64,000 nt of DNA from Planctomycetota bacterium (GTDB lineage: Bacteria > Planctomycetota > UBA1135). The translations under genes and the position numbers were made by a program. Each line of letters begins with the position of its first letter. Positions within the stretch are counted from its first letter, which is position 1. The notes under the pieces were generated by a model. It had not been told where the DNA came from. It saw only the letters and a list, made by a program, of their open reading frames with translations, and ran no database searches. Of this stretch, positions 28,250 to 38,879 are shown one piece after another. The stretch covers positions 64,001 to 128,000 of the forward strand of contig JASFYO010000003.1 of NCBI GenBank assembly GCA_045047305.1, in the 5' to 3' direction.

Positions 28250-29599
28250 ATGGTTGGCGCGCAGCGTGCGCCCGATGGCCGGCGCATCCTTAATGTAAGC
28301 GGTTTGCTCGAAGCCGGACGTTCCGTATTGGAGTCCGGGATCGGTTCTGTCTGGGTGGAAGCCGAGGTCTTTGAATATCGCGGAGCGCATCGTGGTAGTG
28401 GACACCGCTACTTCAAGTTGCGCGATGATCACGCCTCCTTGAGCGCCATTTTGTGGCGCGGTGTGGCGGAACGTGCTCTCACCTGCGAGTTGCGCGATGG
28501 CCAAAAGGTGTTGGTGCGCGGAAGTTTTGATATCTATGCCGCCCGCGGCACCTTGAGCTTCGTTTTAGATCATGTGGAAGACCGTGGTGCTGGGAATCTG
28601 GCGCAACGCTTTGAGATGATGAAACAGAAAATGCAGGCCGAGGGCTTGTTTGATACGGAGCGTAAATGCCCGCTTCCACAACGCACCCGGCAAGTGGTTT
28701 TGATTACTGGTGCAGGTTCTGCTGCAGAAGCAGATGTACTGCATGTCTTCGCTCAGCACCGCCATCCAGTGCAGGTTTTAGTGCGTCACGCACGCGTGCA
28801 AGGCGATGCTGCGGTTCCCGACTTGATTGCTGCTCTACAGGAGGCGCAGTCTATTCACCCAGATCTCATCATGCTCAGTCGTGGCGGTGGTTCCATGGAA
28901 GATCTTTGGGCCTTCAACGAAGAAGAGTTGGTTCGCGCCGTGGCCGCATGCAAAGTGCCAATTCTTTCTGCGGTCGGACATGAAGTCGATTTTACTCTCT
29001 GCGATTTCGTTGCGGATGAACGAGCCATCACCCCAACGGCAGGTGCCCAGCGCATCATCGCGCCTTGGCTAGCGGCCTTGGAGGATATGGCTTCCTTGGG
29101 CGCAAGACTAGGACGATGCGCGCGTCAGTTGACTGGGGGTGCTGTAACGTCCTTGCGCCATCAAGCCGATTTAGAAGGGGCTATGCGTCGGTTTTTACGT
29201 GAGAAGAAAACGGGGTTTGAGCAAGGTATGCAGCGTTTGTTAGCGCAACAACCTCAACAACGTCTGCAGCGGCAAGGATTGCGTTTGCATCATGTCGAAC
29301 AACGATTGCTTGCGGCTGTCGATGGCGGTTTGCATAAGAAGCAGGCGCGGTTGCAGCAAACAGCACGCGGATTGGCCGCTGCAAGTCCGGCCACTGCTAT
29401 ACGTTTGCGCCGTGCGGGCTTGGACAAGGCCTCGGCCAGGTTGGAAGCGGGAAACCCAGAAGGGCTTTTGCACCGCGGCTACGCTCTGATTAAGGCGGAA
29501 GGGCAAGACGGCTACTTGCGCGACCCTTCTGCGGCCCCCGAAGGTACCGCATTACGCATTCAAGTAGCCAAGGGCGAGTTACGGGCGCGGGTAGAATAG
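28250..29599 (+). CDS. xseA: Exodeoxyribonuclease VII large subunit
   Basis: SGHRYFKLRD, ARVQG, RGGGSMEDLWAFNEE, SAVGHEVDFTLCDFVAD, TPTA. Confidence 0.95.
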   Translation: MVGAQRAPDGRRILNVSGLLEAGRSVLESGIGSVWVEAEVFEYRGAHRGSGHRYFKLRDDHASLSAILWRGVAERALTCELRDGQKVLVRGSFDIYAARGTLSFVLDHVEDRGAGNLAQRFEMMKQKMQAEGLFDTERKCPLPQRTRQVVLITGAGSAAEADVLHVFAQHRHPVQVLVRHARVQGDAAVPDLIAALQEAQSIHPDLIMLSRGGGSMEDLWAFNEEELVRAVAACKVPILSAVGHEVDFTLCDFVADERAITPTAGAQRIIAPWLAALEDMASLGARLGRCARQLTGGAVTSLRHQADLEGAMRRFLREKKTGFEQGMQRLLAQQPQQRLQRQGLRLHHVEQRLLAAVDGGLHKKQARLQQTARGLAAASPATAIRLRRAGLDKASARLEAGNPEGLLHRGYALIKAEGQDGYLRDPSAAPEGTALRIQVAKGELRARVE

Positions 29600-29603
29600 A
29601 CGC

Positions 29604-29855
29604 GTGGCCGCTAAGAAGAAGAAACCTGGGTTCGAGCAGCAGCTCGAGAAATTAGAGGAACTCGTTGAGGGCCTTGAGAATGGAGACTTGGAACTCGAGG
29701 AAGGCGTTGAGCGTTATCGCGAGGGTGTCACCTTGCTAAAGAGCCTGAACCAAACCTTGGCGGGTGCCGAGCAAAAGGTAGAGGAGCTCACAGCAACGTT
29801 ACGTGCTGAGCTCCAGGAACTGGAACAAAATGGCGACGACCTTGACCTCGACTGA
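29604..29855 (+). CDS. xseB: Exodeoxyribonuclease VII small subunit
   Basis: FEQQLEKLEELVEGLENGDLELEEGVERYREG. Confidence 0.93.
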   Translation: MAAKKKKPGFEQQLEKLEELVEGLENGDLELEEGVERYREGVTLLKSLNQTLAGAEQKVEELTATLRAELQELEQNGDDLDLD

Positions 29856-30735
29856 TTCGAGTTTCCGCAATTGGCTAGCTGCGGTTGGCCCGGAAGTGGA
29901 AGCGGCTCTAGCTTCTGCCGTTTCCAGGGAGGCACTCGTAGAGAGCCCACTTCGCCTGCGCAATGCCATGGCACATGCGCTATTAGGTGGTGGCAAACGC
30001 ATTCGTCCCGCGCTTAGTCTGTTGGCCGCGGAAGCATGTGGCTCGGACCGTGCCCGCGCTTTGCCTGGTGCCGTAGCCTGCGAGATGATCCATGCCTATT
30101 CCTTGGTGCATGATGATTTGCCTTGCATGGATAACGACGTCCTGCGTCGCGGTAAGCCAACCACCCATGTTGAGTTTGGTGAAGCCACTGCTGTCCTCGC
30201 CGGCGACGCCCTGCAGGCACTCGCTTTTGCCACTCTGGCGCAGCAAAAGGATGCCGCCCTTGGCCTGCAGCAGGTCCAGCTTCTGGCCTATGCCGCAGGT
30301 GCTGCTGGCATGGTCGGAGGCCAGCAAATGGATATGGATGGTGAAGGGCAACAGCTTTCGCTCGAGGCTATTCTCGCTATGCATGCTGGCAAGACCGGCG
30401 CCCTGCTCGGTGCTTCCTTGTTGCTTGGTGTGGCTTCTGCCGGCGCCGACTTGGCCCCCTGGCGGCTTTATGCCGCTGCCGTTGGTCGCCTCTTCCAAAT
30501 CTCAGATGATGTCCTTGATGCCACGCGTAGCACCGAAGAGCTCGGCAAGACGGCGGGCAAGGACCTGGCCTCTGAGAAATCGACCGTGGTGGGGGCTTTG
30601 GGCTTGGATGGTGCGCGGCAGTTGATGGCCGCAGAAGTGCAGAATGCGCTTGCTGCCATGGATAAGATGCAGTTGGTCTGTCATCACCAAGAGCTTGCTG
30701 ACTTGCCTGTTTTCTTGGGCTCGCGCAGTGCTTAA
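29830..30735 (+). CDS. ispA: Farnesyl diphosphate synthase / polyprenyl synthetase
   Basis: GGKRIRP, HDDLPCMDND..RRG, AGDAL, GQQMD, KTG, FQISDD, GKTAGKD. Confidence 0.93.
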   Translation: MATTLTSTDSSFRNWLAAVGPEVEAALASAVSREALVESPLRLRNAMAHALLGGGKRIRPALSLLAAEACGSDRARALPGAVACEMIHAYSLVHDDLPCMDNDVLRRGKPTTHVEFGEATAVLAGDALQALAFATLAQQKDAALGLQQVQLLAYAAGAAGMVGGQQMDMDGEGQQLSLEAILAMHAGKTGALLGASLLLGVASAGADLAPWRLYAAAVGRLFQISDDVLDATRSTEELGKTAGKDLASEKSTVVGALGLDGARQLMAAEVQNALAAMDKMQLVCHHQELADLPVFLGSRSA

Positions 30736-30778
30736 TCGCTGCTAGAATTCCCAAGGCTTCCTGCCGTCCTCCAAATCC

Positions 30779-32719
30779 ATGTCGCCCCTCCATCTTGCTC
30801 AGCTGCAATCGCCTGCGGAACTGAAAGGCCGCTCCACTGAAGAGTTGGAATCCTTGTGCGCCGAGATCCGTGCAGCCTTGGTGGAGAAGGTGCTGAAGAC
30901 CGGCGGGCACCTCGGGAGCAACCTTGGCGTGGTTGAGTTGACGGTGGCTTTGCATACCGTTTTTGACTTTCTCAAAGACCGCATCGTTTTCGACGTGAGT
31001 CACCAGTGCTATGTGCACAAAATGCTTACCGGACGCCTTGAAGGTTTCGATAACCTTCGCCGCACCGATGGCATGTCGGGTTTTATTTGCCGCAAGGAAT
31101 CTCCCTATGACCTTTTGACTGCCGGGCACGCAGGCACCGCGATTTCCTTTGCTTCCGGACTGGCAGAAGGACTCAAAGGAGTAGGCGGAGGCGAAGACGG
31201 TGGCGATCCTTGGTCGGTTGCTTTTGTTGGCGATTCCGGATTTGGCGCTGGGGTTAGCTTTGAGGGCTTAAACCAAGCAGCCGATCAAAATGCCCGTTTG
31301 TTGGTCATTTTGAATGACAACGAATGGTCCATCGCACGCTCCGTAGGTGCACTTGCGCGTTATCTCTCGCGCTTGCGTTCCTCACGCACCTTGCATCGCG
31401 GTTATGAACGGATAAAAACTTTGACTAAAAACCTTCCAGTGGTTGGCAGCCGCATGGAGGAGCTGGGAGAAGTCATTCGTCATGTATTGATCCCCGGTCA
31501 CGTCTTTGAAGAACTTGGTGTGAATTACATCGGTCCTTTAGATGGACATGATTTGGCTGGTTCCATCGAGGCGATTCAGCGCGCACGCCGCATCGAGGGC
31601 GTGACTTTATTGCACTTCCTGACCGAAAAAGGAAAGGGTTATGAGCCCGCGAGCAGTGACCCAGAACGTGCGCACGGTATTAGTCCACCTCCGTTTAAGG
31701 TTCCTGCGCCTAAGCTAGATCTTGCTGGGCAAGCAGCGGCGCCACGTAAGGCCTACACCAAATCCTTCGGTCAAATCCTGTGCAAGATTGCCGAGCGCGA
31801 TCAACGCGTACACGCGATTACCGCAGCGATGCCGTCTGGTACCGGTCTTTCCAGTTTCGCCGAAAAATTCCCAGAGCGCTTTCACGATACTGGTATCACT
31901 GAACAGCATGCTGTCGCGATGGCAGGGGGGCTAGCGACTACAGGCAAGCGGCCGGTGGTGGCGATTTACAGCACCTTCTTGCAGCGCGGCTACGACCAGG
32001 TGTTTCAAGAAGTGGCCTTGCAGGAGGAAGATGTCATCTTCTGCCTCGATCGCGGTGGCTTGGTGGGGCAAGACGGCCCGACCCACATGGGGCTCTACGA
32101 CATGGCCTATCTACGTCCCTTCCCGGGCATGACCTTGGCTTCTCCGCGCGATGCTGTGGACCTGGAAAACATGCTGGAGGCCGGACTCAAATTCGGTGGT
32201 CCATGGGCTTTGCGCTGGCCCCGCGGAGATTCGCCCGCCGAGGTCGGGAGCCCAGCTTCCCTACGCCCAGCGATGGAACCCGGACGCGCAGAGCGTTTGC
32301 GTCAAGGCGAGGCCGGTGTGGTTTTTGCCTTAGGCGCGATGGTCGAACCTGTTTTGGAAGCCGCCGCACGCTTGGAGCGCGAAACTGGATTAAGCCTAGA
32401 AGTTTGGGATGCCCGCTTTTGCAAACCACTCGACCGCGAAGCCATCGTCGATGCCGCCAACCGTTTTTCATGGATGGCTGCGGTGGAAGAACACGCGCTC
32501 ACTGGTGGCTTTACTTCTGCCGTCGCCGAGTTACTGGCCGACGCCGAACTCACCGCTGCACCCTATCTCTCGCGGCATGGCGTGCCCGATCGTTTCATTC
32601 CGCACATGACTAGTCGCGATGAACAGATGGTGCTGTGCAAGCTCGATGTCGATTCCTTGGTTGCTTCGTGGAAAGAGTCACTCAACCTTAAACGCGCGAG
32701 CTCAGCTGCAAAAGTATGA
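30779..32719 (+). CDS. dxs: 1-deoxy-D-xylulose-5-phosphate synthase
   Basis: GGHLGSNLGVVEL, DVSHQCY, GHAGTAIS, LNDN, GPLDGHD, AIYSTFLQRGYDQ, DGPTH. Confidence 0.96.
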   Translation: MSPLHLAQLQSPAELKGRSTEELESLCAEIRAALVEKVLKTGGHLGSNLGVVELTVALHTVFDFLKDRIVFDVSHQCYVHKMLTGRLEGFDNLRRTDGMSGFICRKESPYDLLTAGHAGTAISFASGLAEGLKGVGGGEDGGDPWSVAFVGDSGFGAGVSFEGLNQAADQNARLLVILNDNEWSIARSVGALARYLSRLRSSRTLHRGYERIKTLTKNLPVVGSRMEELGEVIRHVLIPGHVFEELGVNYIGPLDGHDLAGSIEAIQRARRIEGVTLLHFLTEKGKGYEPASSDPERAHGISPPPFKVPAPKLDLAGQAAAPRKAYTKSFGQILCKIAERDQRVHAITAAMPSGTGLSSFAEKFPERFHDTGITEQHAVAMAGGLATTGKRPVVAIYSTFLQRGYDQVFQEVALQEEDVIFCLDRGGLVGQDGPTHMGLYDMAYLRPFPGMTLASPRDAVDLENMLEAGLKFGGPWALRWPRGDSPAEVGSPASLRPAMEPGRAERLRQGEAGVVFALGAMVEPVLEAAARLERETGLSLEVWDARFCKPLDREAIVDAANRFSWMAAVEEHALTGGFTSAVAELLADAELTAAPYLSRHGVPDRFIPHMTSRDEQMVLCKLDVDSLVASWKESLNLKRASSAAKV

Positions 32720-33603
32720 CCCCACGCGGCAAGCCGAACGGAAATGCCCTTTGGGGGCCGGAGCTGCCGGCGAGTCGTGCGCCACGCGTTTTGATCCTTG
32801 GTGATCCCAGTAAGGAAACTGTGGCCCCCATGGTGGAGCGGATTGAAACCTGGCTAGATGGCAAGGTTTCCGAAGTGGTGGTGGATTTAGGTATGGGTTA
32901 TGACCCTATCGAATGCAAACCGGACTTAGTCATCTCCCTCGGTGGCGACGGCATGATCCTCGCGGCCTCGCACCGTATGGGCAAGCGTCGGGTGCCCGTG
33001 GTTGGCGTCAACCTGGGTCGTGTGGGCTTCCTGGCCGGAGTGTCAGAGGAACGATTAGAGGACGTTCTCGAGCTGGTATTTACCGGCAAAGCCCGGATTG
33101 AAAATCGTGCGCTGATGACCTTCCAAGTCAAGCGCAATGGCGAGACGGTATTGGATTCGCATGTGTTAAATGAAATCGTGGTCAGTCGCCGCTCCGACCG
33201 CAGCATGATTACGATCGACCTTATTGATGAACGGCGCCCGGTGTGTACCTTTCGCGGCGATGGCGTGATTGTTTCCACGGCCACGGGGTCCACGGCCTAC
33301 AACTTGTCGGCTGGCGGCCCGATTTTGGTGCCAAACCTTGAGGCGCTAGTGGTGCAACCTCTTGCTCCGCATACTTTGGCCATGCGCCCTTTGGTGTTGC
33401 GCAATGACCGTCACTTTACCTTGCATGTGCAGGACTCCGGACAGTTGACCTCCGACGGATATTTGGAAGGCAAGTTGGAGGCGGGGGACCGCATTAAGAT
33501 TGGCCCGAGCCGTCGTCGTTTGATTCTTGCGGTTGACCCGCAAACGCGTTTTTACGATCGCTTGCGCTCTAAGTTACATTGGGGTGAAACCCCCAGGGCT
33601 TAG
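32716..33603 (+). CDS. nadK: NAD kinase
   Basis: GGDG, GVNLGRVGFL, LNE, DG.IVSTATGSTAYNLSAGGP. Confidence 0.95.
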   Translation: MTPRGKPNGNALWGPELPASRAPRVLILGDPSKETVAPMVERIETWLDGKVSEVVVDLGMGYDPIECKPDLVISLGGDGMILAASHRMGKRRVPVVGVNLGRVGFLAGVSEERLEDVLELVFTGKARIENRALMTFQVKRNGETVLDSHVLNEIVVSRRSDRSMITIDLIDERRPVCTFRGDGVIVSTATGSTAYNLSAGGPILVPNLEALVVQPLAPHTLAMRPLVLRNDRHFTLHVQDSGQLTSDGYLEGKLEAGDRIKIGPSRRRLILAVDPQTRFYDRLRSKLHWGETPRA

Positions 33604-33619
33604 GCCTTTTTCAGAAAAG

Positions 33620-33654
33620 AAAACCCGCGCAGCTCCAAGAGCCACGCGGGTTTT
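33620..33654. terminator. Bidirectional terminator between convergent nadK and gdh genes
   Basis: AAAACCCGCG...GCTC-CAA-GAGC...CGCGGGTTTT. Confidence 0.75.
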
Positions 33655-33671
33655 GCGCTGGGGTAGAAAGT

Positions 33672-34973
33672 CTATCCGTAAATTCCGCGAATGGAATCAA
33701 AGTAGGACACGCGGTCGACACCTAGCATGCAGGTGGCAAGACGTAGTCCCACCTTATGCTTGCCAGCCGATTTGCGCGCGCGTTCGTAAGCCTCAAGCAC
33801 CATGCGATCCAAGCGTTCTTCTACATCGACCAAGGGCCATTTATAGCCCATGCGGTTTTGCACCCACTCAAAGTAAGCAATGATGACACCACCTGCATTA
33901 CCGAGCAGGTCTGGCACCACAGGAATGCCGCGTTCTTGCAAGATTTTATCACCACGGCCCGAAGTCGGGCCATTTGCTGCTTCGACCATCAACTTGGCAC
34001 GCACCTTGCCAGCGTTGCGGCTGTGGATCTGGTTGGCAGCAGCGGCAGGGATGAGGACATCGCATTGCAGGGCGAGCAACTGTTCATCGTTGATGGCGTC
34101 GCCACCGTGAAAACCTTTGACGCAACCTGTGGCTTTGCGATGTGCGAGCAGTGCTTCGACATCGAGTCCATTGGCGTTGTAGACACCACCACTGATGTCG
34201 CCCATGGCAATGACTTTGTGCCCATACTCCACTACCTGACGCGCAACCTGGCCAGCCACAATGCCGGCTCCTTGAATGACGACCTCGGCCTTCGAGGTGA
34301 AGCCCATGTCAGCTAAGCGCTTCTCCATGAGCACGCGGACACCACGGCCAATCGCGGAGTCGCGACCAAGTGTGCCGCCCAGTCCTTCGGGCTTGCCTAC
34401 GACCACGGCATTTTCGGTGTGGCGGGTGTGCATGGAATAGGTATCCAAACACCAAGCCATTACTTGCTCGTTGCTATGCAAATCAGGAGCGAGGATGTCT
34501 CGCTCAGGCCCGAGGAAGTCCATCAAGCCAGCGGTGTAACGACGCACCACTTTTTCTACCACCATGGGGGAGTGATCGCGTGGGTCGAAGTCGATACCGC
34601 CCATGGAACCGCCAAAAGGAACGCCCAACGCGGCGCACTTCCAGGTGGTCCAGGCAGCGAGCGCACGGAGTTCGTCGCGTTTGACGTTTGCATCTAAACG
34701 CAAGCCGCCGATGCAAGGTCCCATCGACAAGTTGTGGCGAATGCGGAAACCGTTGTAGACCGAGATCTCACCGTTTTCATCTGCCACCGGAATCGCAAAC
34801 TTGAATTCGCGGTCTGGACGACGAAGTAAAACGTACAGGTCAGGGTCCAATCCCAAAATCTGTGCGGCTTCATCGAAGCGCTCCATCATGGAACTAAACG
34901 GATTGTCGTCGGAGAGCTCAGGCGATGGCGCTTGTGGTTCGGCGGAATCCGAAATGGTGTTGGAATCAGGCAT
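33672..34973 (-). CDS. Glu/Leu/Phe/Val dehydrogenase homolog with degenerate active site (putative regulatory subunit)
   Basis: Full-length GDH fold but [14 protein letters not shown] and QGAGIVA replace [14 protein letters not shown] and QGSGNVG. Confidence 0.85.
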   Translation of the reverse strand: MPDSNTISDSAEPQAPSPELSDDNPFSSMMERFDEAAQILGLDPDLYVLLRRPDREFKFAIPVADENGEISVYNGFRIRHNLSMGPCIGGLRLDANVKRDELRALAAWTTWKCAALGVPFGGSMGGIDFDPRDHSPMVVEKVVRRYTAGLMDFLGPERDILAPDLHSNEQVMAWCLDTYSMHTRHTENAVVVGKPEGLGGTLGRDSAIGRGVRVLMEKRLADMGFTSKAEVVIQGAGIVAGQVARQVVEYGHKVIAMGDISGGVYNANGLDVEALLAHRKATGCVKGFHGGDAINDEQLLALQCDVLIPAAAANQIHSRNAGKVRAKLMVEAANGPTSGRGDKILQERGIPVVPDLLGNAGGVIIAYFEWVQNRMGYKWPLVDVEERLDRMVLEAYERARKSAGKHKVGLRLATCMLGVDRVSYFDSIRGIYG

Positions 34974-36243
34974 AGATACCCCTCAGGTCTAAGCAGTAAG
35001 CCACGCGTTCAATCGCAACACAGTAAGCGCCAATGCGGGCGCTGGTTTTGTACTTCTCGGCGGCATCGACCACCGATTTAAAGCTGTCGACCATGATGCG
35101 CTCCATGCGATCAAACACCAACTGCTCCTCCCAGAAGTAACCCATGCGGTTTTGCACCCATTCGAAGTAGGAGACGGTCACGCCGCCTGCATTCGCGAGG
35201 ATGTCTGGTGCAACAAAGACACCACGTTCTTCGAGGATGACGTCGGCGGCCGCGGAGGTTGGTCCGTTGGCACCTTCGACAATCACTTTTGCTTTGATGT
35301 CGGCCGCGTTACGCGAAGTAATTTGATCTTCGGTGGCAGCTGGAATGAGGACATCGCAATCCAAGGTGAGAAGTTGCGCATTGTCCAGGCGCTCGGCACC
35401 TGGGAAGCCTTCAAGTGTGCGTTTTTCCTCAATCCACTTCAGGACTTCTGGCATGTCGAGGCCGTCTTCATTATGAATGGCGCCGTACATATCCGAAATC
35501 GCAATCACTTTGTGTCCCATTTCATGCAGGAACAAAGCGCCAAGACCACCCACGTTGCCGGATCCTTGAACCACCACGCGACAGCCGGTTGCCGGCATGC
35601 CCAAGTGTTTCAGCGATTCGCGCACGGTAAAGGCAACGCCAAGACCAGTCGCTTCACGACGTCCTTTGGAACCACCCATGCCAACCGGTTTGCCGGTCAC
35701 GATGGAAGTGGTGGTCGCCCGCGTGTGCATGGAGTAGGTATCCATCAGCCATGCCATGGTTTGCTCGCCGGTGTTCATATCCGGAGCGGGCACATCGCGT
35801 TCTGGACCGATGATGTCAATCAGGTTTGCGGTGTAACGACGAGTAAGTCGTTCCAGCTCACCTTGCGACATACGCCGTGGGTCGCAAATGATGCCGCCTT
35901 TAGCGCCACCAAAAGGAACATCAACAACAGCGCATTTCCAAGTCATCCACGCGGAGAGCGCGCGCACCTCATCAAGGTGCACTTCCGGCGAATAACGGAT
36001 GCCGCCTTTGGCGGGGCCACGAGCCACGGAGTGCTGCACACGGTAACCGGTGAACACCCGAGTCGAGCCATTATCCATTTTCACGGGGATAGCGACGGTC
36101 AACTCCTGATAAGGAGTCGAAAGGATGCGTTTGATGCCGGGGTCTAAGCGAATGAGTTCAGCCGCTTTGTCCAGGCGCATTTGCGCTTGCACAAAAGGGT
36201 TAGACTCAGAGTCGGCGGGTTCGACGGTCGCGGAATCGGCCAT
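34966..36243 (-). CDS. gdhA: Glutamate dehydrogenase (catalytic)
   Basis: [62 protein letters not shown]. Confidence 0.93.
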   Translation of the reverse strand: MADSATVEPADSESNPFVQAQMRLDKAAELIRLDPGIKRILSTPYQELTVAIPVKMDNGSTRVFTGYRVQHSVARGPAKGGIRYSPEVHLDEVRALSAWMTWKCAVVDVPFGGAKGGIICDPRRMSQGELERLTRRYTANLIDIIGPERDVPAPDMNTGEQTMAWLMDTYSMHTRATTTSIVTGKPVGMGGSKGRREATGLGVAFTVRESLKHLGMPATGCRVVVQGSGNVGGLGALFLHEMGHKVIAISDMYGAIHNEDGLDMPEVLKWIEEKRTLEGFPGAERLDNAQLLTLDCDVLIPAATEDQITSRNAADIKAKVIVEGANGPTSAAADVILEERGVFVAPDILANAGGVTVSYFEWVQNRMGYFWEEQLVFDRMERIMVDSFKSVVDAAEKYKTSARIGAYCVAIERVAYCLDLRGIYA

Positions 36244-36357
36244 GTTTGGGGCCCAGGGAGATTGAGGGGGAGCAGTGCTCCGTGGAGGGCAAAGAATATC
36301 CCAACTATCGGCAAAACGGGAGCATGATTTTGAATCTCTGTAGGAAATTCAAGACTT

Positions 36358-37257
36358 GTGGAATTCCTTGCGATTGTGCCTTCGCTGGTCGATGATAAGG
36401 GCATGACAGAATTGCGGGATGTCCGCATGTACCAAGCGAAAGGTCGGCCGACGACCACTCTGGACGAGGGGCGCATCCTCGCGGCCATGGAGGATGTACA
36501 CCTGCTCGCTCCGCTAGGCCTAGACACCCTCCAGGGCGCTATGGACTTCGATCAGGGTGTCATCGTGCGTGATGCAGGCCCTCGTAAGACTTATCGCGTG
36601 GAAACCGATGAGGGCGTGCTGTTTGTCAAAATTCACCGCGATGTGCCGCTTAAACGTCGCCTCAGCGTGACTAGCCGCGGTTCTTCGAGCCCAGCGCATA
36701 TCGAGTGGGATGCCATCAGCATGATGCGCAAAACAGGCTTTGATGTGCCTGACCCGGTGGCTTTCGGCGAAGAAATCAACCTTCTCAGCTGTCCTCGCCG
36801 TTCTTTCATCATCACCCGTGAGGTCATCGGGCCGCAGTTGGATGAACTGTTGGAGCCTGGATTCCCCAATCCTCGCAGGTTGTCGCAACGAGAGGCTCGC
36901 AACCAAGTCCTGCGCGATGTTGCCGGCATGATTCGGCGTTTCCACTCCACTGGTTTCTACCACAAGGATTTGTACCTTTGCCACCTCATCGTGACCGAGG
37001 ATGAGCGTTGGGGACGTCCGTTTTTTATTGATCTAGAACGTGTCGACCGCGATTTTCCACCCCGCCGACGCTGGTTGGTCAAGGATTTGGCGGCGCTGCA
37101 GTTTTCTGCACCGCCAACCGTGACTCGCGCGGATCGCCTACGGTTTCTGCTGATGTACATGTCGAAAACGCGCGTCGATGCTCACACCAAACGGTGCGTG
37201 CGCGACATCCTGCACAAGGCGCATAAGATTGCGGCGCATGTTCCCAAGTTTGGCTAA
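36358..37257 (+). CDS. Lipopolysaccharide kinase (Kdo/WaaP/InaA family)
   Basis: LFVKIH, AHIEW, VPDPVAFG, FYHKDLYLCH, FIDLER, RRWLVKDLAAL; start could be ATG36403. Confidence 0.85.
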   Translation: MEFLAIVPSLVDDKGMTELRDVRMYQAKGRPTTTLDEGRILAAMEDVHLLAPLGLDTLQGAMDFDQGVIVRDAGPRKTYRVETDEGVLFVKIHRDVPLKRRLSVTSRGSSSPAHIEWDAISMMRKTGFDVPDPVAFGEEINLLSCPRRSFIITREVIGPQLDELLEPGFPNPRRLSQREARNQVLRDVAGMIRRFHSTGFYHKDLYLCHLIVTEDERWGRPFFIDLERVDRDFPPRRRWLVKDLAALQFSAPPTVTRADRLRFLLMYMSKTRVDAHTKRCVRDILHKAHKIAAHVPKFG

Positions 37258-37266
37258 GTCGAGCGT

Positions 37267-38367
37267 TTGAGCATGCGCATCGCGGTGCTTTTAGATCAGT
37301 GGCATGCCGACGGCGGCGGCTTGGAGCAGTACCTGCATTTTGTTCTTCCGCAATTGGTCATGCGTGGACACGGGGTGCTGTTGGCTGCACGCGACGCCTC
37401 TCGCGGAACACCACAAGGGGTTACCGCAATCGATTTACGCCGCGGGAGATTACTGCCTCGTCCATGGTCGGATTGGCAAGAAGCTCGTGAAGCGGTAAAA
37501 GTCGCAGAGCAATGGAATGCCGACCGTATTTGGGGCTTGCGCGCAGTTCCGTGCAAAGGCTCCATTTGGCAACCGATGGGAGGGAGTAGTCCGGATGTGC
37601 AACGTGCTCGTGGCCAAGTGCCAAGCCGACGCACACGCGCGTTGATGCGCCTGGAGGAGGAAGCCTTGGCAAGCGCTGCCTGTGTTTTGCCAATGTCGCC
37701 CATGGTGCAACTTGAAGTCGAAAAGCGCGCACCAGGCAAAGCGCAAGTGATGTTGCCGCTGCCGCTGTTGCAAGTCCCTTTGGGCATCCAAGTTCCCGCA
37801 CAGCGAGAAGCCATTTGTGCAGAAGCTCCCTTGCGTATTGTGCATTGTGGTCGCGACCCATTGCGGCACGGGGCAAAGCAAGCGGTGGCTTGGTTTCGTT
37901 GTTTGGCGCCACGTGGGATTGCAGCACGTTTGGACTTATGGGCGAAAACCGTAACTCATGCGGAACGGGCGATTGGGGCTTCGCATGAGGCACTATTGGC
38001 GGAAGGCATTCAGCTTCACCCGTGGGATGGTGGTTTTCGCGAGGCCTTGCAGCACGCCGACATCATGTTTCACCCCACGCTGTACGATTCCTTTAGTTTG
38101 GTCTGTTTGGAAGCTGCTGCGGCAGGCGTTCCTGTGGTGACCACCAAAGCTGCAGGTGTGGCGGAATTGTTGCCATCGGCCTTGTGTGCAACGGAGCCTC
38201 GATCCATGCCGGAAGTGGCCGCAGCCCGAGCGATGGAGCTGTTTTTTGGTGCCTGCGCGTTGCGGGCTGAGACGTGGCAAGCCATGTGTGTTGAAGTGCG
38301 CGCAGGATTCGACTTAGAGCAGCATGTGGCACAGATAGAATCCGTTTTGGAGAAATACCCCCGATGA
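37267..38367 (+). CDS. Glycosyltransferase family 4 (WaaG-like)
   Basis: GGGLEQY; ADIMFHPTLYDSFSLVCLEAAAAGVPVVTT. Confidence 0.85.
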   Translation: MSMRIAVLLDQWHADGGGLEQYLHFVLPQLVMRGHGVLLAARDASRGTPQGVTAIDLRRGRLLPRPWSDWQEAREAVKVAEQWNADRIWGLRAVPCKGSIWQPMGGSSPDVQRARGQVPSRRTRALMRLEEEALASAACVLPMSPMVQLEVEKRAPGKAQVMLPLPLLQVPLGIQVPAQREAICAEAPLRIVHCGRDPLRHGAKQAVAWFRCLAPRGIAARLDLWAKTVTHAERAIGASHEALLAEGIQLHPWDGGFREALQHADIMFHPTLYDSFSLVCLEAAAAGVPVVTTKAAGVAELLPSALCATEPRSMPEVAAARAMELFFGACALRAETWQAMCVEVRAGFDLEQHVAQIESVLEKYPR

Positions 38368-38879
38368 TTAAGAAAATCCTCATTTCCTTTCTGATTCTAA
38401 TTTTGGTTCTCACCGTGATTGGTTTCTTTCTGCCGAAGAGCTACACCGTGGAACGTAGTCAGACCATCTCGGCGGATGCAGCGTCCATTCTTGCTTTGGC
38501 TTCCGATTTACCCACATGGGAATCATGGTCCGCGTGGAATCTTGCTGCCGACCCTGATTGCAAATGGGAGTTTCCCGATGCTACCACGATGTTCTGGGAT
38601 GGCCCGGTGAATAAGGAAGGGAAAATGTGGGTGACCGCAGCTACCCTTAATGGCATGACTTGGGATTTAGCCTTCGAAGATGGCGCCTATTTAGCCAAAG
38701 GCGGTCTGCGTTTGGCGCCTGCCACGGAGGGCACTCTGGTGACTTGGTACACCACAGGAGAGATCGATGCTTTCGCTCCCTTAGCCGGTTGGTTTGGGGT
38801 GATGATGGATTCCATGATTGGTCCTTTTTTCGAGACCAACCTGATTGGCTTAGAAGCGGAGTTAGCCAAGCAAAAGTGA
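38364..38879 (+). CDS. SRPBCC (polyketide cyclase-like) family protein with N-terminal anchor
   Basis: FLPKSYTVERSQTI...WESWSAW...GTLVTW...MDSMIGPFFE. Confidence 0.8.
   Translation: MIKKILISFLILILVLTVIGFFLPKSYTVERSQTISADAASILALASDLPTWESWSAWNLAADPDCKWEFPDATTMFWDGPVNKEGKMWVTAATLNGMTWDLAFEDGAYLAKGGLRLAPATEGTLVTWYTTGEIDAFAPLAGWFGVMMDSMIGPFFETNLIGLEAELAKQK

Noticed and set aside
31229..31275. Divergent ThDP motif in dxs (GDSGFGAGVSFEGLN)
   Set aside because: The GD...LNDN metal ligands and all other motifs are retained; likely ordinary lineage variation
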